From NCBI RefSeq assembly GCF_009914755.1, contig NC_060928.1: a stretch of 64,000 nt of DNA, one strand, 5' to 3'. The notes beneath the pieces were generated by a model. It searched no databases and had not been told where the DNA came from. It saw nothing but the letters and a program-made list of their open reading frames with translations. The position numbers and the translations under genes are program-made. Source of the stretch: the human T2T-CHM13v2.0 reference genome, Homo sapiens. Shown here piece by piece: positions 1 to 13,903 of this stretch (position 1 is the stretch's first letter; each line of letters starts with the position of its first letter).

Positions 1-114
1 TGAACACCCACATATCATGTTGTGGCTAATTGGAATGAAATTTTTTTGATAAAATATTGTAGATTCATTTGAACCTTAAAGTGTGGTATCCTTCTTATTT
101 TTGTTCTCTATTCT

Positions 115-298
115 GTGTATGTGTATATATATACATACACACACAAACACACACCCCGACACATACATATACACCATATATATGTATATGTGTATATATG
201 TGTATATATATGTATATATGGTATATATACATATATATGGTGTATATGTGTATATATGGTATATATACCATATATATATATATGGTGTATATGTACAT
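115..298. repeat. Compound (TA)n/(TG)n/(CA)n microsatellite
   Basis: Directly visible; it produces the Y/I/M-rich spurious ORFs at 69-500. Confidence 0.95.
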
Positions 299-329
299 AA
301 TATATCTTTTGGGTTTTACACTTAAATAT

Positions 330-1770
330 TTTAAAATTTATGTTATCATGGCTCATTATATCATTCTGCACCTTGCTCTTGTTTCGTTTTTGCTCAGTGT
401 TTTACTTCTGGGATTTGTCAGTGTAGAAGCATGTAGACATTCAACTATTTTGACTGTTGTATTACATTGTGTGATTATATTCCTATTTATTTCCAATTAA
501 TAAAAATTGTTGCCAGTTTTGCACTACTAAAAACAACACTGCCATAAATATTCTTAGACTGCATGAGTTTATCACTAGGGTATATTCTGAGTGGTAGCAA
601 TTCTGGGCCAAAGAGCATGGGCATCTTTGACTTTACTAGTATGTCCAAAGAGTGGTACAAAGTGTTTAGATCAATTTATATGTCTACTGAAAATATATGG
701 AGTTTTAAAAGCCAATTTTTAATATTCTTAAGTTTTGCATATCTCATGAGTTTAAAATAGTGTACAATTCCTTTAATTTGCAATTCCTTATTTAGAGTGG
801 CTTTTGATCTTTTCTTATTTACTTCTGGAAGTTTTTTTTTCTGGTAATTTCTTTATACAAACCTTCTGATGGTTAAATTTGCTGAAAACATGTTCTTTCT
901 ATGTATAACTTGACTTTTCAGAAGAAGCTTTGGATTTAAAGAAGGTTACATTTTAACATAGTTATCGCAATAATCTTTTTTATCATTTATAACTTTGTTC
1001 ATCTTTAGATCTTTCCTTTTATCACAGTCATAAAGATATTCTCCTATATAGTTTAAAGTTTTGAAAGTTTTGTTTTTTGTATTAAAGTTACGTATCTACC
1101 TGTAATATATTTTCATGTATGTAATGATGTAAAGATCTACTTTTTTCCCTTATGGATAATAAATTGTCTTGCAACATTTATTGAGTAGCTCATCTTTTCC
1201 TACTTCTCTTAAAATAGAGGAGTATTTCTGTGCTCTCTATTTGCTCGTACTATTTTGCTTTTTATCCCTACATGAATTCCATGCCAAAGACAAACTGATT
1301 CAGTTTCTATATAGCACAATAATGTCTTGATATCTCAAAGGCAAATGCCCCCATATTCCTTCTCTTTTTTTCTTCTTCTTCTTCCAGGTTTTCTTGGCTT
1401 TTATTTACCCCCTCATTCTTCTATTTGAATTTTGGAATTAGTTTATTCATTTCCATTTAGAATGTAGGAATTTTGATTCAAATTGGTTATATTTCTTACA
1501 TTGGATAGAATTGACATCCTTACAATGTTGAGTCTTCCCAATTACCCATATGGTACATTTTCCATTTATCTAGGTCATATTTTGTGTATTTAAATAATGT
1601 TATGTACCTTCACTCTAAACTTCTTGTGCATATTTTTCCCCCAGTTATTCCTAGGTACATTAGAATTTTTTGTTATTATTGTAATGGAATAAATTTTTCT
1701 ATTACGTTTTTTTGTTTGGTAACTCCTGTGTAGGGAAATACTAAGAATATGCATAAGTTTCTTGACCTTG
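330..1770 (-). mobile_element. Old, diverged L1 (L1M-type) fragment
   Basis: T-rich sequence with antisense L1M-like phrases such as gatagaattgacatccttacaatgttgagtcttccca and gtttattcatttccat. Confidence 0.6.
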
Positions 1771-2936
1771 AGACACTTCCATCCTAGTTAGAAGCTAATT
1801 TTTAAGCTGTCTCCTCTTTCCCTCATAAAAGTAAGCAGCAGACTATAATAGGAGTAGGGATTACAATTCGCTTTACTTACACTTGTGTGTGTCCCTCTCC
1901 CATTAGATGTGAATTTCTCTAGGACAAGAACCCTTTTTGAATCAGTTATAAGTCCCAGAATGCCCACAACAAAATTTAATATATACTATTTAACAAAAGA
2001 ACAAACACCTAGTCCAGGGCCTTCTGCCTAACATGTGCTCAATGACATTTGTAGAATCGAAGTTACTGAATTTGATTTAATTCAAACAATACTTGCTCCT
2101 GCAGAATCCCAACCTACTGGCGAACAGAGGTTAAACTGTCTGGATGTTTCAGAGTTCTGCTAGGGGTCACAAATACCACCTTAAATGCTGTCAATTTAAG
2201 AAGGAGATTTTTCTTATCACAACCTGGAGGATAAGTGGGGCTTGCAGTGGATGGCCCTAGAAAAAAAGATTGCCTGCCCAGAACTGCTGCTGGATCCTTT
2301 GTTTCCCTCATTTCCCAACCTGGATGAAAAACGACAAGGGGAGGGAAGAAAAGTGGGGTGGAAGAAAAGTTGGCTTGCCCCTCCTACTCTGCCTCCTACA
2401 GAAGTCTACACCAAGCCAGATGTCCTAGGATGCCTCCCAAGGGCACCTAATTTTTGGAGTTCTCAAATACGTCCTGAGTTTCCTCTGTACCTTTAGTAAC
2501 TCTCCCGTTCCCTCTCTCTCCACTCTTCCCTGCTCCCAGTCACCCCCACCCACAACCCCCGCTGATCACATCCTCCCGGTGCCCGCCACAGGCAACCAGA
2601 GAACAACAGACCCTCCTCCAGAGTCCCCGTTCTAGGACCTCCCTGACTGTCAACGAAAGATGCCAATCACAGGCAGCCTTAGCCAGATCACTGAGCGCCC
2701 AGTAAAAAAAACAAAATCAGGTTGAGGGCAGAAATGAAATCAACATAGCAACCTCCAATGCATGAAGGAAACTCCGTTTACACATGCTCGTAGGATCCCC
2801 TGCGTGGAAACAGCAGCTTGTCTCTGACTACCCGGAGGACATGGAGCACCCCAAATAGGAACTTTAGAGGGATTGAAATCTGTTGCCTGTTCCACTAGGA
2901 ATATTGTTTGCAAGGCACAAGGTGTCTTTTGGTAGT

Positions 2937-2967
2937 GAGCGCGCTCTGCGCATGCGCAGGTCCATTC
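2937..2967 (+). promoter_or_regulatory. GABRB1 core promoter: NRF-1 palindrome and initiator region
   Basis: A perfect NRF-1 consensus TGCGCATGCGCA lies at 2947-2958 (extended palindrome CTGCGCATGCGCAG), preceded by palindrome GAGCGCGCTC (2937-2946). An Inr-like TCCATTC follows at 2961-2967, about 85 nt upstream of the ATG. No TATA box seen. Confidence 0.8.
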
Positions 2968-3036
2968 GGGAATTACTGCCCAGCAGCCGACTAAGTTGCA
3001 TTCCTTGAATCTTCGCAGAAAAGACAATTCTTTTAA

Positions 3037-3129
<93 letters not shown>

Positions 3130-3150
3130 TGAGCTGCTGTTGTTGAATCT

Positions 3151-3172
3151 CGCTCTCTCTCTCTCTCTCTCT
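3151..3172. repeat. (CT)n microsatellite in intron 1
   Basis: Directly visible. Confidence 0.9.
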
Positions 3173-3284
3173 TTTTTTCTTGGTATGTTTCTTTTTACGT
3201 GTCTGCTGGATCATGTATCTTGTTGTTTGGGGGTAGGTGTGCCTGTATCTTTTTATATGTGCTCACAGTTTGTGCTCATTTTGA

Positions 3285-3428
<144 letters not shown>

Positions 3429-3525
3429 TAACCCATCCTTAGTTCTCCTTTTCTGTCAAAGATAAATGTCAAAAAAAAAAAAAAAAAAAGGCATGTCATT
3501 TTCGTAAGCGTGCACTATACCCTGG

Positions 3526-3526
<1 letters not shown>

Positions 3527-3562
<36 letters not shown>
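3527..3562. repeat. (CA)~18 microsatellite in intron 2, with a poly(A) run at 3471-3488 nearby
   Basis: Directly visible. Confidence 0.95.
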
Positions 3563-4350
<788 letters not shown>

Positions 4351-7300
4351 AGCACAGTCTGGGTTTCAAAGTGTCCTCTCTCTCCAGGTTCAGGCACACC
4401 TGGTGGCAGGAGCAACAGGCTAAGACAACAGTCCATGTTTGCTAGTAGGAAAAGTGCCCGAGCCTGGGTAGGCTTGTATTGTTCTCTTGCGGGAGGTTAT
4501 GAATTTGTCTTACTGCATCTTGCAAATTTAAGTTGAAACAGAATAAATCAAGTCATATTGCTTCACCTTACTCTAGAAACCTAAGCATGCCTAAAAATCC
4601 TGATAATTTAAGGGACGTTGGAAGGGAGAGGGGGCGACAGTAACACAGCACAGTCCTTTCATTTCAAAGGGGTCAACATTCTTTTATATATTTCTTCCCT
4701 CTCTTTTTGGAAGCTATTGCAAAATGAACTGAAATAGCTGCCACTTTCTCTGTTGGCTGGTTCCGTCCACTGTGTGTAGGAGTTTTCTACTTAGAGTTTC
4801 TAACTGTTGCTTCTCGTAAGACGGAAAAGCCTGTTGCTTTTCTAGAATCAACCACCCAGGGAACAGCTAGATCTACGTGAGCAAAATGCCATTTTTATTC
4901 CACTTGTGAAAAAATGTTATGGCGGCAGAAATTTATAAATCCTGAATAATTTAAAGAGTAAAACCATTTGAGATTGTATCACTCTATGGCTATAAAGGCT
5001 ATTGAATTGTCTTTCATTTCATTCCTACTGTGTCGTTTTATTTTAATATACTATGGTTTAAGAATTCTTTTCTTTTCCTTTTTAGGTTATGTTAGGGTCG
5101 AAATAAATATGTCTATAGCTTATTGAATAGGAATAGAATAAAAAGTGTGACTATTTAATTTCTGTATTTTGTAGTTGTAGCGGCTCCTGCTTCAAATAAC
5201 GTATTTAAAATACTATTTGTAAATGTCTCTGATTGTCGTGCTGGAAAAAGAAACTCAATTTTAAAAACGTAATACACAATGAATATTTCTCATTTGGCAA
5301 ACTGACTTATTATATTCTGTTTACATACATGTTAACACCACAAAGTAACCCAAAACATATTATTTAGAAACACTCTGAGGAATGTAATAATATGTGCCTA
5401 ATCTACACGAATGCAACTGGACAAATTAGACAATGAATTAGTTTAACAAGTTGTATCATGTAGATTAATAATGTTAATATTTTTCCTTTTCAATCATTTC
5501 CTTTGGTATCTTGTAAGCATCCACAGATAATTGATAAAATAGAAGATTTAAAAAGCTCAAAAAGCAAATGCAGCCTTTGTTCTACCTTGCCGTGTAGAGT
5601 GTCATGCTTTTCAGAATTTTAAAAAATATATAATTCTGTTGGCTATATTGACATACCCCTTTTCAGTTTTTTTTAAAACTCAATTAAATAGGGAAGTTGC
5701 TGCAATCAACAACCACCGTAACAAAAAGTTCTGTATAATTAGTTGTTCAACTGAATTCATACATAAGCTCAGAACAAGGATTGACTTTAATTGAAATACC
5801 ACTGGACATTTCTTCCTAATGATTAAATAATACAGTCTGTTTACTCACAGCAACACGTGTGTATGCACTTGATTTTTCAAAAGTATTCACCCAGCTGATA
5901 AGCCTTTGAAAATACCTGTTCTACTACAATCCCCATTACCTTTCCACAACAATGTTACAGACATGATTAGAAAATAGAAACCACTCAAAGTTGAAAAATA
6001 ATAAACCTTGATTTACTTGTTCTTTCTTGTTTCTCCTTTTAATGAGCACTATCAACAGAACCCAAAGTTTATTTTATCTTCTGTCATCTATGACAAAACA
6101 TTGAAATAAATAGATTGGAAATAACTCCAAGAAAAATGGAAATAAAGAGTAATGTTTTTAAAATTGAGGGTTCTGTATAAACACAACTCAGATGGTTAGC
6201 CCGCACCCCCAAAAGAGAATTGTTTATTATATGTTGTGATATTTAGCTAATATAAATAGGGTAGGAAGTCCATGGAAAATAAGACTTATTGCTTATTGCT
6301 TTTTGTATTAAGCATGTTTCGGTGCCCTGATAGGCAGTAACTTGAGTAATTTAATAGAAAATTTTCATCTACATTAAATGACAAGAATATAACAAAGAGA
6401 ATGGACAATAATATCATAAAAATAGTTTTTAAGAAAATGCAAGTTGAATCAATTTCCAAAACATTGCTTATATTTATGTTTTTATTTATTACCATTATTA
6501 CCCATTCCATGGCTGGGAAAATGACATAATTGTGCATTAAATTAGTAGATTTGAGAACTAGGTTCCATTCATTTTTGTTCTTTACCATTGCTTCCCCAAG
6601 TAAAATATAATCCCTGATTGGTTTACACATTGTCTGCTTTACAGACTAACATCGTATCAAGAGTATTATCTGATTTCTTAATTTGTGAAAAATTAAGTGT
6701 TTTCTTAATTTTTCACAAATTAAGAAACAAAAGCAATCTTTACATAGTAAAGAATCTCTACAATCAAGAATCATTGGTTCTAAGCAGTGAATGCAAAACT
6801 TGTGAAGAATAATGCCGATGTAGATAAACATATCTACTTGAGAACAAGACTTTTCAGGCAATAATATTATTGATTAAATTAGAAAGGATTGTTCTTTTGG
6901 CATCATGGGATATACTGTTTGTGTGATAGCAACTACATACTGTTACCATTTTCTAAACTGTCATCTTAAAAAACCACCATGATTTCCATTTATATATTAT
7001 AACCTTCAAACCTTGTCTTTTAACTGTTTCTGCCAAGCCACAGACACACACACACATACACACACACGCACAAAGAGGACTGACTAAAGATGAACAGGAG
7101 GCAGTTGGAGTAAATGGAGACAAGAGCTCCCAGAAATTGTCCTTAACATAACCACTAACATCTGCTACTATAAAGCCAGTAAAACACAGACAGTAGTAGG
7201 CAAATTTTCTCTTCGAACAGTAGTTTGGGGAAACATGATATTAACTACCTTCTAACAAGTAGTTGAACTCTTGTATTTCAAATTCCAGTGACTAGCTGTT

Positions 7301-7788
7301 CCTTTTTATTCAAGAGGTGGATCCTGATTACCAAGTAGGAGTTCCAACCAGGCAGCTCTCTGTACCTAATCTGAAGACACGATGGTCCAAATGGCCACCC
7401 CTAGAAGACCTTACATCGAATGAGTCCTGACTCAATGCAGGACTCAATTCAAGCTGTTCCCAATATGAGATAGCTATCATGGATTCATTGTCTTTCCTTC
7501 CTTCATGCATGAATGAGTATAACAGTGAATGTTCTTACAGACATTACAGTGAACAACGATGACAAAAACGAAAATGAGCCAATTTTATAAATAATGCTTA
7601 ATGAAAGACAAATTTAATTTACCAAATATCCACTTAAAATTCACTGTTTCTGTTGTTGTGGTTATTTTAATATTAGACTCTGGAAGTTTCTGGTACATAC
7701 TTCAATTATATCTCATTACTATCACTGTGGTGACTCAAAACAGTAACTGCTTGTCAGATTCCCAGTCCCCACATGAATTTCTCTAGGT

Positions 7789-7943
7789 CAGTGCTTCTCA
7801 ATCTTTAACATATAGGTGAATCACTCTGGGATCTTATTAAAATGCAAATTCCAAATCAGAGGTGTGGGATGGGGCCTGACATTCTGCATTTTTCCTGGGC
7901 AATGCTGATTGCTGGTATATAGATTGCACTTTGAATATCAAGG
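7789..7943. mobile_element. MER5A-like hAT-Charlie MITE
   Basis: Starts CAGTGCTTCTCAA and has internal gaatcac...taaaatgcaaattc...gggatggggcctga...tctgcattttt. Ends cactttgaatatcaagg. Confidence 0.75.
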
Positions 7944-7981
7944 TAGTACATTATCCTAAGTTCTAGCTTAATTAAGAAATT

Positions 7982-8313
7982 GGCTGGGTACAGTGGCCCC
8001 AACCAGTAATCCCAGCATTTTGGGAGGCCAAGGCGAGTGTATCACTTGAGGCCAGGAGTTTAAGACTAGCCTGGCCAACATGGTGAAACCCCATGTCTAC
8101 CAAAAGTATACAAATTAGCTGGGTGTGATGGTGCGTGCCTATAGTTCCAGCTACTCTGGAAGCTGAGGCATGAGAATCACTTGAACCCAGGAGGCTGGAG
8201 GTTGCGGTGAGCCAAGATCGTGCCACTGTGCTCCAGCCTATGTGATAGAGCAAAACAGTCTTAAAAAAAAAGAAAAAAAGAAAAAAAGAAAGAAAAGTAA
8301 AGAAAAAAAGAAA
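7982..8313 (+). mobile_element. Alu (old, AluJ/S)
   Basis: Full dimer from GGCTGGG through the A-rich tail; AAGAAAT on both flanks. Confidence 0.95.
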
Positions 8314-9103
8314 TGAACTTTTTTTTTCCATTAAAATTTCTTTAGGAATGTTATTATTTAAGTTGCAGGTAGCTGTTCTCTAAAGGGAAAGTTAATGCCA
8401 TAATTGATGATGATGATGATAAGCAACAGGATAAAGGCAGGAGCCTGGAGATGGGGCTTGACCTAAACTAATAAATAGTCTTCTTTTCTGTATTAATACC
8501 TGTGAATCAACCAATCTCAAATGATGGCAATGAAAACATTTCCAAGTACAGTAACTCCACAGTACTATCCTGTTGCTTTACAGGGACACCTATGCCTTTT
8601 TTCTTCAGAATAAAGAACATTGCAAACTGTTTTTGCACCACTGAGGAGCTAGCAATAACTTTGTAAAATAGCCTAAACATACTCTTGATGCTGTCAGTAA
8701 GTTCTCTGAGGTTATAATAGAATTTCCTTTGCAAACAGAACAAATAGGTGAGTACCACTTAAAAGCAGAAACAGGTATTAGCTAGCATGTAAATACATTT
8801 TATTCTTATATGAGTAATCACACAAGTTTTTCTCTTAGGTTCTGGGTTACAATTTTATAACGTCTGGAGAGGCTGGGGAAGGAAAATCTTCCCTTTGCCT
8901 GTCTGTTTGGAGATAGCATATATATATTCGTTTTTTTTTGTTGTTGTTGTTGTTTTTTGTTTTTTTTTTTTTACTCTAAGCCACATTAAAGCAAGCCTAT
9001 CTAGATTGTTTTAAAGTTTGAGTTTACATTTGAAAGCCTGGGATTTTAGGATTGCAGAATCAGACTGGGTATTATAGTGTGAAATACAATGAAAATAAAT
9101 AGT

Positions 9104-9352
9104 AACTTACTGAACATTTTCCATATGTGAGGTATGGTTATCAGTGCTTTACATTAATAGCGATTTAATCCTTTACTTAATGCTATACAATTCTTACCCC
9201 TCCCCACCATTACAGATTGAAAAACTGAGGCTGAGAGAGCGGGAAATGTTGTTAGGTTAAATACCTTACTCAGAAGTTACACAGCTAGTGAATGGCAGAG
9301 TCAAAATTTGAAACCAGGCAGCCTGTCTCCAGGGTCTGGCTCCTAACTACTA
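9104..9352 (-). mobile_element. MIR SINE
   Basis: Core attacagattgaaaaactgaggctgagagag...acacagctagtgaatggcagag...tttgaaaccaggcag. Confidence 0.8.
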
Positions 9353-10779
9353 GACTAGTAAAAAATAGCCTAGGACTTTGAGTGAGTAATTTGGCTTCTG
9401 TAGGTTTCTCCTTTGTAAAATGAAGCTAAATTACATAATTGCTAAACCCTTTTCCAGTTCAAATATCCTATAATAAAAACTTAGATATTAAAGATTTTAG
9501 ACTCCCTCAAAATAAAAAAATCTTTGTCTCCATCTTACTCCCTTGCTAGATTGTCTTAAATACCATATTCTCCTGGTAGGTGAGTCAATCACAAGAATTT
9601 ATTGAGTTCCCACTGAGTGCAAATGATGTAGCCTCCTGGGAACATTGAAGTACTGATTGTGTGCAATCTAGGGCCTCTTGAATCATTATTTTAATTAGTC
9701 ATGGCATCCTCATCCAACTTTTTCTTCCTTAAACACATTCACAAAGACAGCAACAAGAAGCAATGATCTTCAAAATGAAACTGGCCTAATGCCTGGTTTA
9801 TATTGTATTGAACATTAGAGCCAAGACTAAATTGGAATTATTTCTATGTGGAGCTGTCCATTGTATTTAAACTGGGAACACTGCTCCACCACAACTGAAG
9901 TAATAATTTTTTTAACACTTGTTGTGAAACAGAAGGAAAGTATTATTTTTGAAGATCTGAGTATCCCAAAGGATTTACCCAACCGGCCTAAAATCCTTCC
10001 ATGAGGTGACTGAGAAATGAGGGATAAAACCAGGGTGTTTGTCTTAGCTGAATATCACTTAATATCCATTCTTTAAGTTTCTGATGATTTTTGCCTTGGC
10101 AAGCCCCCAAATACTTCATAGCACCTTCAAAACACTCATACACAAATGAAATCTTGCATTATCAAGGAAAGTAAAACATTTCAAAAGAGAAATGAATGGT
10201 TTAAATGTTTCCAGTTGGCTTAGGTTTCAGTGAGGGGGCTCAAATGACATAATCACACTTGAAAATCATAGGAGGAAGAATTAGTAGATGTTTATAGTTG
10301 ACTAAATATTAGTACATAGTTCATCCATAAACCATATGAGCACTGAAATTCCTTTTCCCAAAATACTTCTGTTTTCAGTAGATCAAGCATTTCATGAAGT
10401 TCCTTGACTTCTATCTATTGAAAGGGAAAGACGTTAATAGTAGCATTTAACAATCTATTATTCACTACTTGACAGATATGCTTAAGAAAATGTTTACGAT
10501 TAATTCATATCAGTGGTGAAATCTTATAAAAAAGGCTGGCCACAAGAAAAAACTGAAAGATGCATTTTTTATCTTTAGTGAGCCCAGTTACCCCTTTTAG
10601 AGTCCTCAGAGTCTTCATTGCTACTCTTCTGCTAAGTGAACCAATGTATCTTTCCCTGTCTCTCACATCCCCGATAAAATCTGTTGTTGCATTGTGAATT
10701 TGAGAATAAAGGATAATTTTCCAGTAGCATTGATCCAACTACTCAAGCAGAAAAGAAAATACAAAAAAAAAAAAAAAAC

Positions 10780-11950
10780 CAGGCAACTAGATATGGTCTC
10801 TGTTCTTGTAGAGCTTATAGTCTTTTTCAAAAAACAGACAAAACAATTTAAAGTTTCCAATCATGAAGTGAAGATTTTTCTTTTTAGAGGAATGTCTTTT
10901 TTGAAAAGCATATTTTTGGAAGAAGAACTGTGGATTTGAAACATCCATAGTTATCTTGGTCTATGTGGTAGGTGCTATGATAGAGACATGTATGTATAGG
11001 ATCCTATGGGAGCACCAGTTGGTAGTTTCTAAGACATGATGAAGGGTTAATGCCTGAAATGAATCTTAGAAAAGAATAGTAGTTAGCAATTGTGTAGAAG
11101 TTCTTCTCATTTGCAGCCTATATACATTTCCACACAGAAGAAAGGGCATATGCACTGGGAGGTGTGCCTGAAAACAGCATGAAGTGTTCTGGGAACTACA
11201 GATAATTCCTATTGCGAAAACTTAAAAGGCACAGGGAGGATTGTCAAGAGATCAGACTGCATGCTAAAAGCAAGTTGTAGGACAATGTCATTGAATGCTC
11301 TCATTGTGTAAAAAGGAGCCTTTCTATAAACATATATTTGTTTGTATATGCACTGACAATTTCTGAAAGGATACACAAAAGAAAATGAGTAATAGTTATT
11401 CATCTTGGAAGTGGAACAAGGACCAGAAGTGCACTGCAGAGGAATATTTACTGTCTTTTATATACCCCTTTGAACTCTTGGCTTTAAAAAAATCTTACAT
11501 GTATGTGTCCTCCACTTTCATTTTAAAAAGAGAATTTGTACTACACACTCACATGCAAACAGATAAAGAAGTGATGCTGGAATATCTATGCTGAGGAAAT
11601 GGACCCTAATCCTGAAATGCAGAACATCTGACAAAGTGTTTAAAGGCAACTGTGTTTTGTATTTTAGGTTCTTGCAGCTATGTGGAGGATGAAGTAGAGA
11701 AGGCTAAAACTGAGGACAGTGTTAGGAAGCTAAGAGTGTTTCAAGGTCCAGATGAGAGGTGATAGATGCCTAAACTAGTACTTTCCATAGGAATAGACAG
11801 AAAAATGATATTCAGAAGCAAATCAGAGGAATTTAGTGACTCTTTGGATGACAGGGGTTAGAGAAGAAATGAGCCCTGCATCCCCATCTATGGTTCCATA
11901 TTAAGTGATTGACATCGGGGCTGCATGTGCCTAGGGAGGGAACCCAGGGC
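10780..11950 (-). mobile_element. L2 fragments
   Basis: Antisense L2-like phrases (gagcttatagtc; gcagctatgtggaggatgaag; ccagatgagaggtgatag; gaatttagtgactctttggatg). Limits approximate. Confidence 0.55.
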
Positions 11951-13776
11951 CAGGAGCACCACACCATCTCTTTCACTGCTGAAGTGGACACATTTTCAGG
12001 AAAAAAAATTAGAGTATATTATAAGTATATGTTATAAGGCACTTGGGGAAGAATTGAGTTAGAATATTGAATATTGACATCAATGAACTATTTCTTCCAA
12101 GTCTGTTCACAAATAAGGTGAGCTCTACAGAGATAGATCCTGAAGCCCATAAATGTAGTGAGTGAAATGCGTTGGTTAGAGATAGGGAGAAAGGGTGCTG
12201 GGCAAAGACAGAATGGAATAGAGTCAACTTTAATTATCCCTAGTAATATAGCTTTTTATCTAGGAGGACCTAGACTCTGACAGTATTTAGAGCATACTTT
12301 TCAATCCTTCCAGAGGCGTGATCTTTGTGTTCTGTTTTAGATGCCTTTATAAAACCTTATAGGTAGGGGAAATAGATGTGTGGGAAACTTACTTACACAG
12401 CATCTGGTCTCTTCTCCACTGTATCGCTAAAGTGATTCAGAGTCCTTCTGGAACATTGTGTTTCCATGTGAGATTGCATGAAAGCAGTGTAAAGCAGTGT
12501 GAGTTCTTGTAGAAAGTGTATTTGGTGATGAAATGAGACCGGATATAACAGGCAGGGCAAATGAGGCTGACAGCATGCCTTGAGAAATGAAGCTTACCTG
12601 CCAGGAAATTAAAAAGTGACTCTCAGGACCTTTGCACAAGAATGAAAACATTTGAATGGACTGTTGGGTATGATTCTAAACAAGAATTCAAGAGAGCCCT
12701 GTCCTCTACAAGTTGGTCTCCTGGAAAGAGGAAATCTATTTAAGCAGTCTTATTCATAGATTATACTATTTTGTTTAGAGAAAGACAGAGAAACAGCTAG
12801 AGAAATAGATTCAAATAGAAGAGGGCCCTTAGGTAGCTGTTAGCAATCAGCTGTTCTTTCCCTACCTCTACTGAAAAGAGTATGGATGAAAGGTCTTCAG
12901 ATATATCAGGAAAAATTAGAGGTTAGATGCCTTGACTCTTGTTGCTAAATGGATTAATCAGAGAAGTTGCTAAGAGTGAATCCCATTTGAATGATAGGGT
13001 TTATTTGGTATCTTCCCTGAAAACAGAGAAACAGATTTGTCGAAAGCTCAGGATCTCTGCCTACTCTAGCCCTCCATGACTCACGGAGATATTTTTTCTT
13101 AAGATTTATTATTTTCAAGGGAATGATACACAATTTTCTAGTCAAGGGAAATAGCTTTGTTGTCTCCATGGAGACAGTTCAATGACATTCATTTGGAATC
13201 CCACCTGTGTCTAGAACATTTTCTCATGTCAGTGGCCATTATTTCTACCTCCTGCCACCTGCAAACCCTCTCCCACCCAAATGCCTCTAGGTCTACTTCA
13301 AATCGTATTTTTTCTATGGAGTCTTTTCTGCAGTCTTACCAGAGAGAATTATACTGGAGAAAGAATATCTGGGGCATATTAGGAAATCAAGACTCATAAA
13401 AGACAAAAGACCCAATATAATTTAGGAATTATACATATAAAGGTCTTCCTAACCTTGCCTTTATCCCCCTACTATGTAAGCTTTAGGAAGCTTAGAATTA
13501 TATTCTTCATATTCTCTATTATCACTCCCAGCATATTTTAGGGACTGAATAATAACATTCACTAGAAATTTTTGAGTCATAAAAATTGTTAGTAAATATA
13601 GCATTTACATTTTTAAATTCAGAAATTAATAGTTTCTTTATCAAGTCTACCTTATACTTTAATCTGTAATTTTTTTATGTTGACCATGAATCATGAGCTG
13701 TTTCCATAGAAACAGCTTCATCACATGGCATAGCCAGTTTCACAGACACAGAATCACTTCATGACAAATATCAATG

Positions 13777-13817
13777 CATGTGTATGTGTATGTGTACATG
13801 TATGTGTATGTGTACAG

Positions 13818-13848
<31 letters not shown>

Positions 13849-13903
13849 CGTGTGTGAGTATGTGCACAGTATATATATACAAATATATATATATGTATAT
13901 ATA
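13777..13903. repeat. (TGTA/TG)n-(TA)n microsatellite
   Basis: Directly visible. Confidence 0.9.

Noticed and set aside
69-500. Overlapping ORFs of 61-143 aa rich in Y/I/C/M
   Set aside because: Produced by the TA/TG microsatellite, which lacks stop codons.
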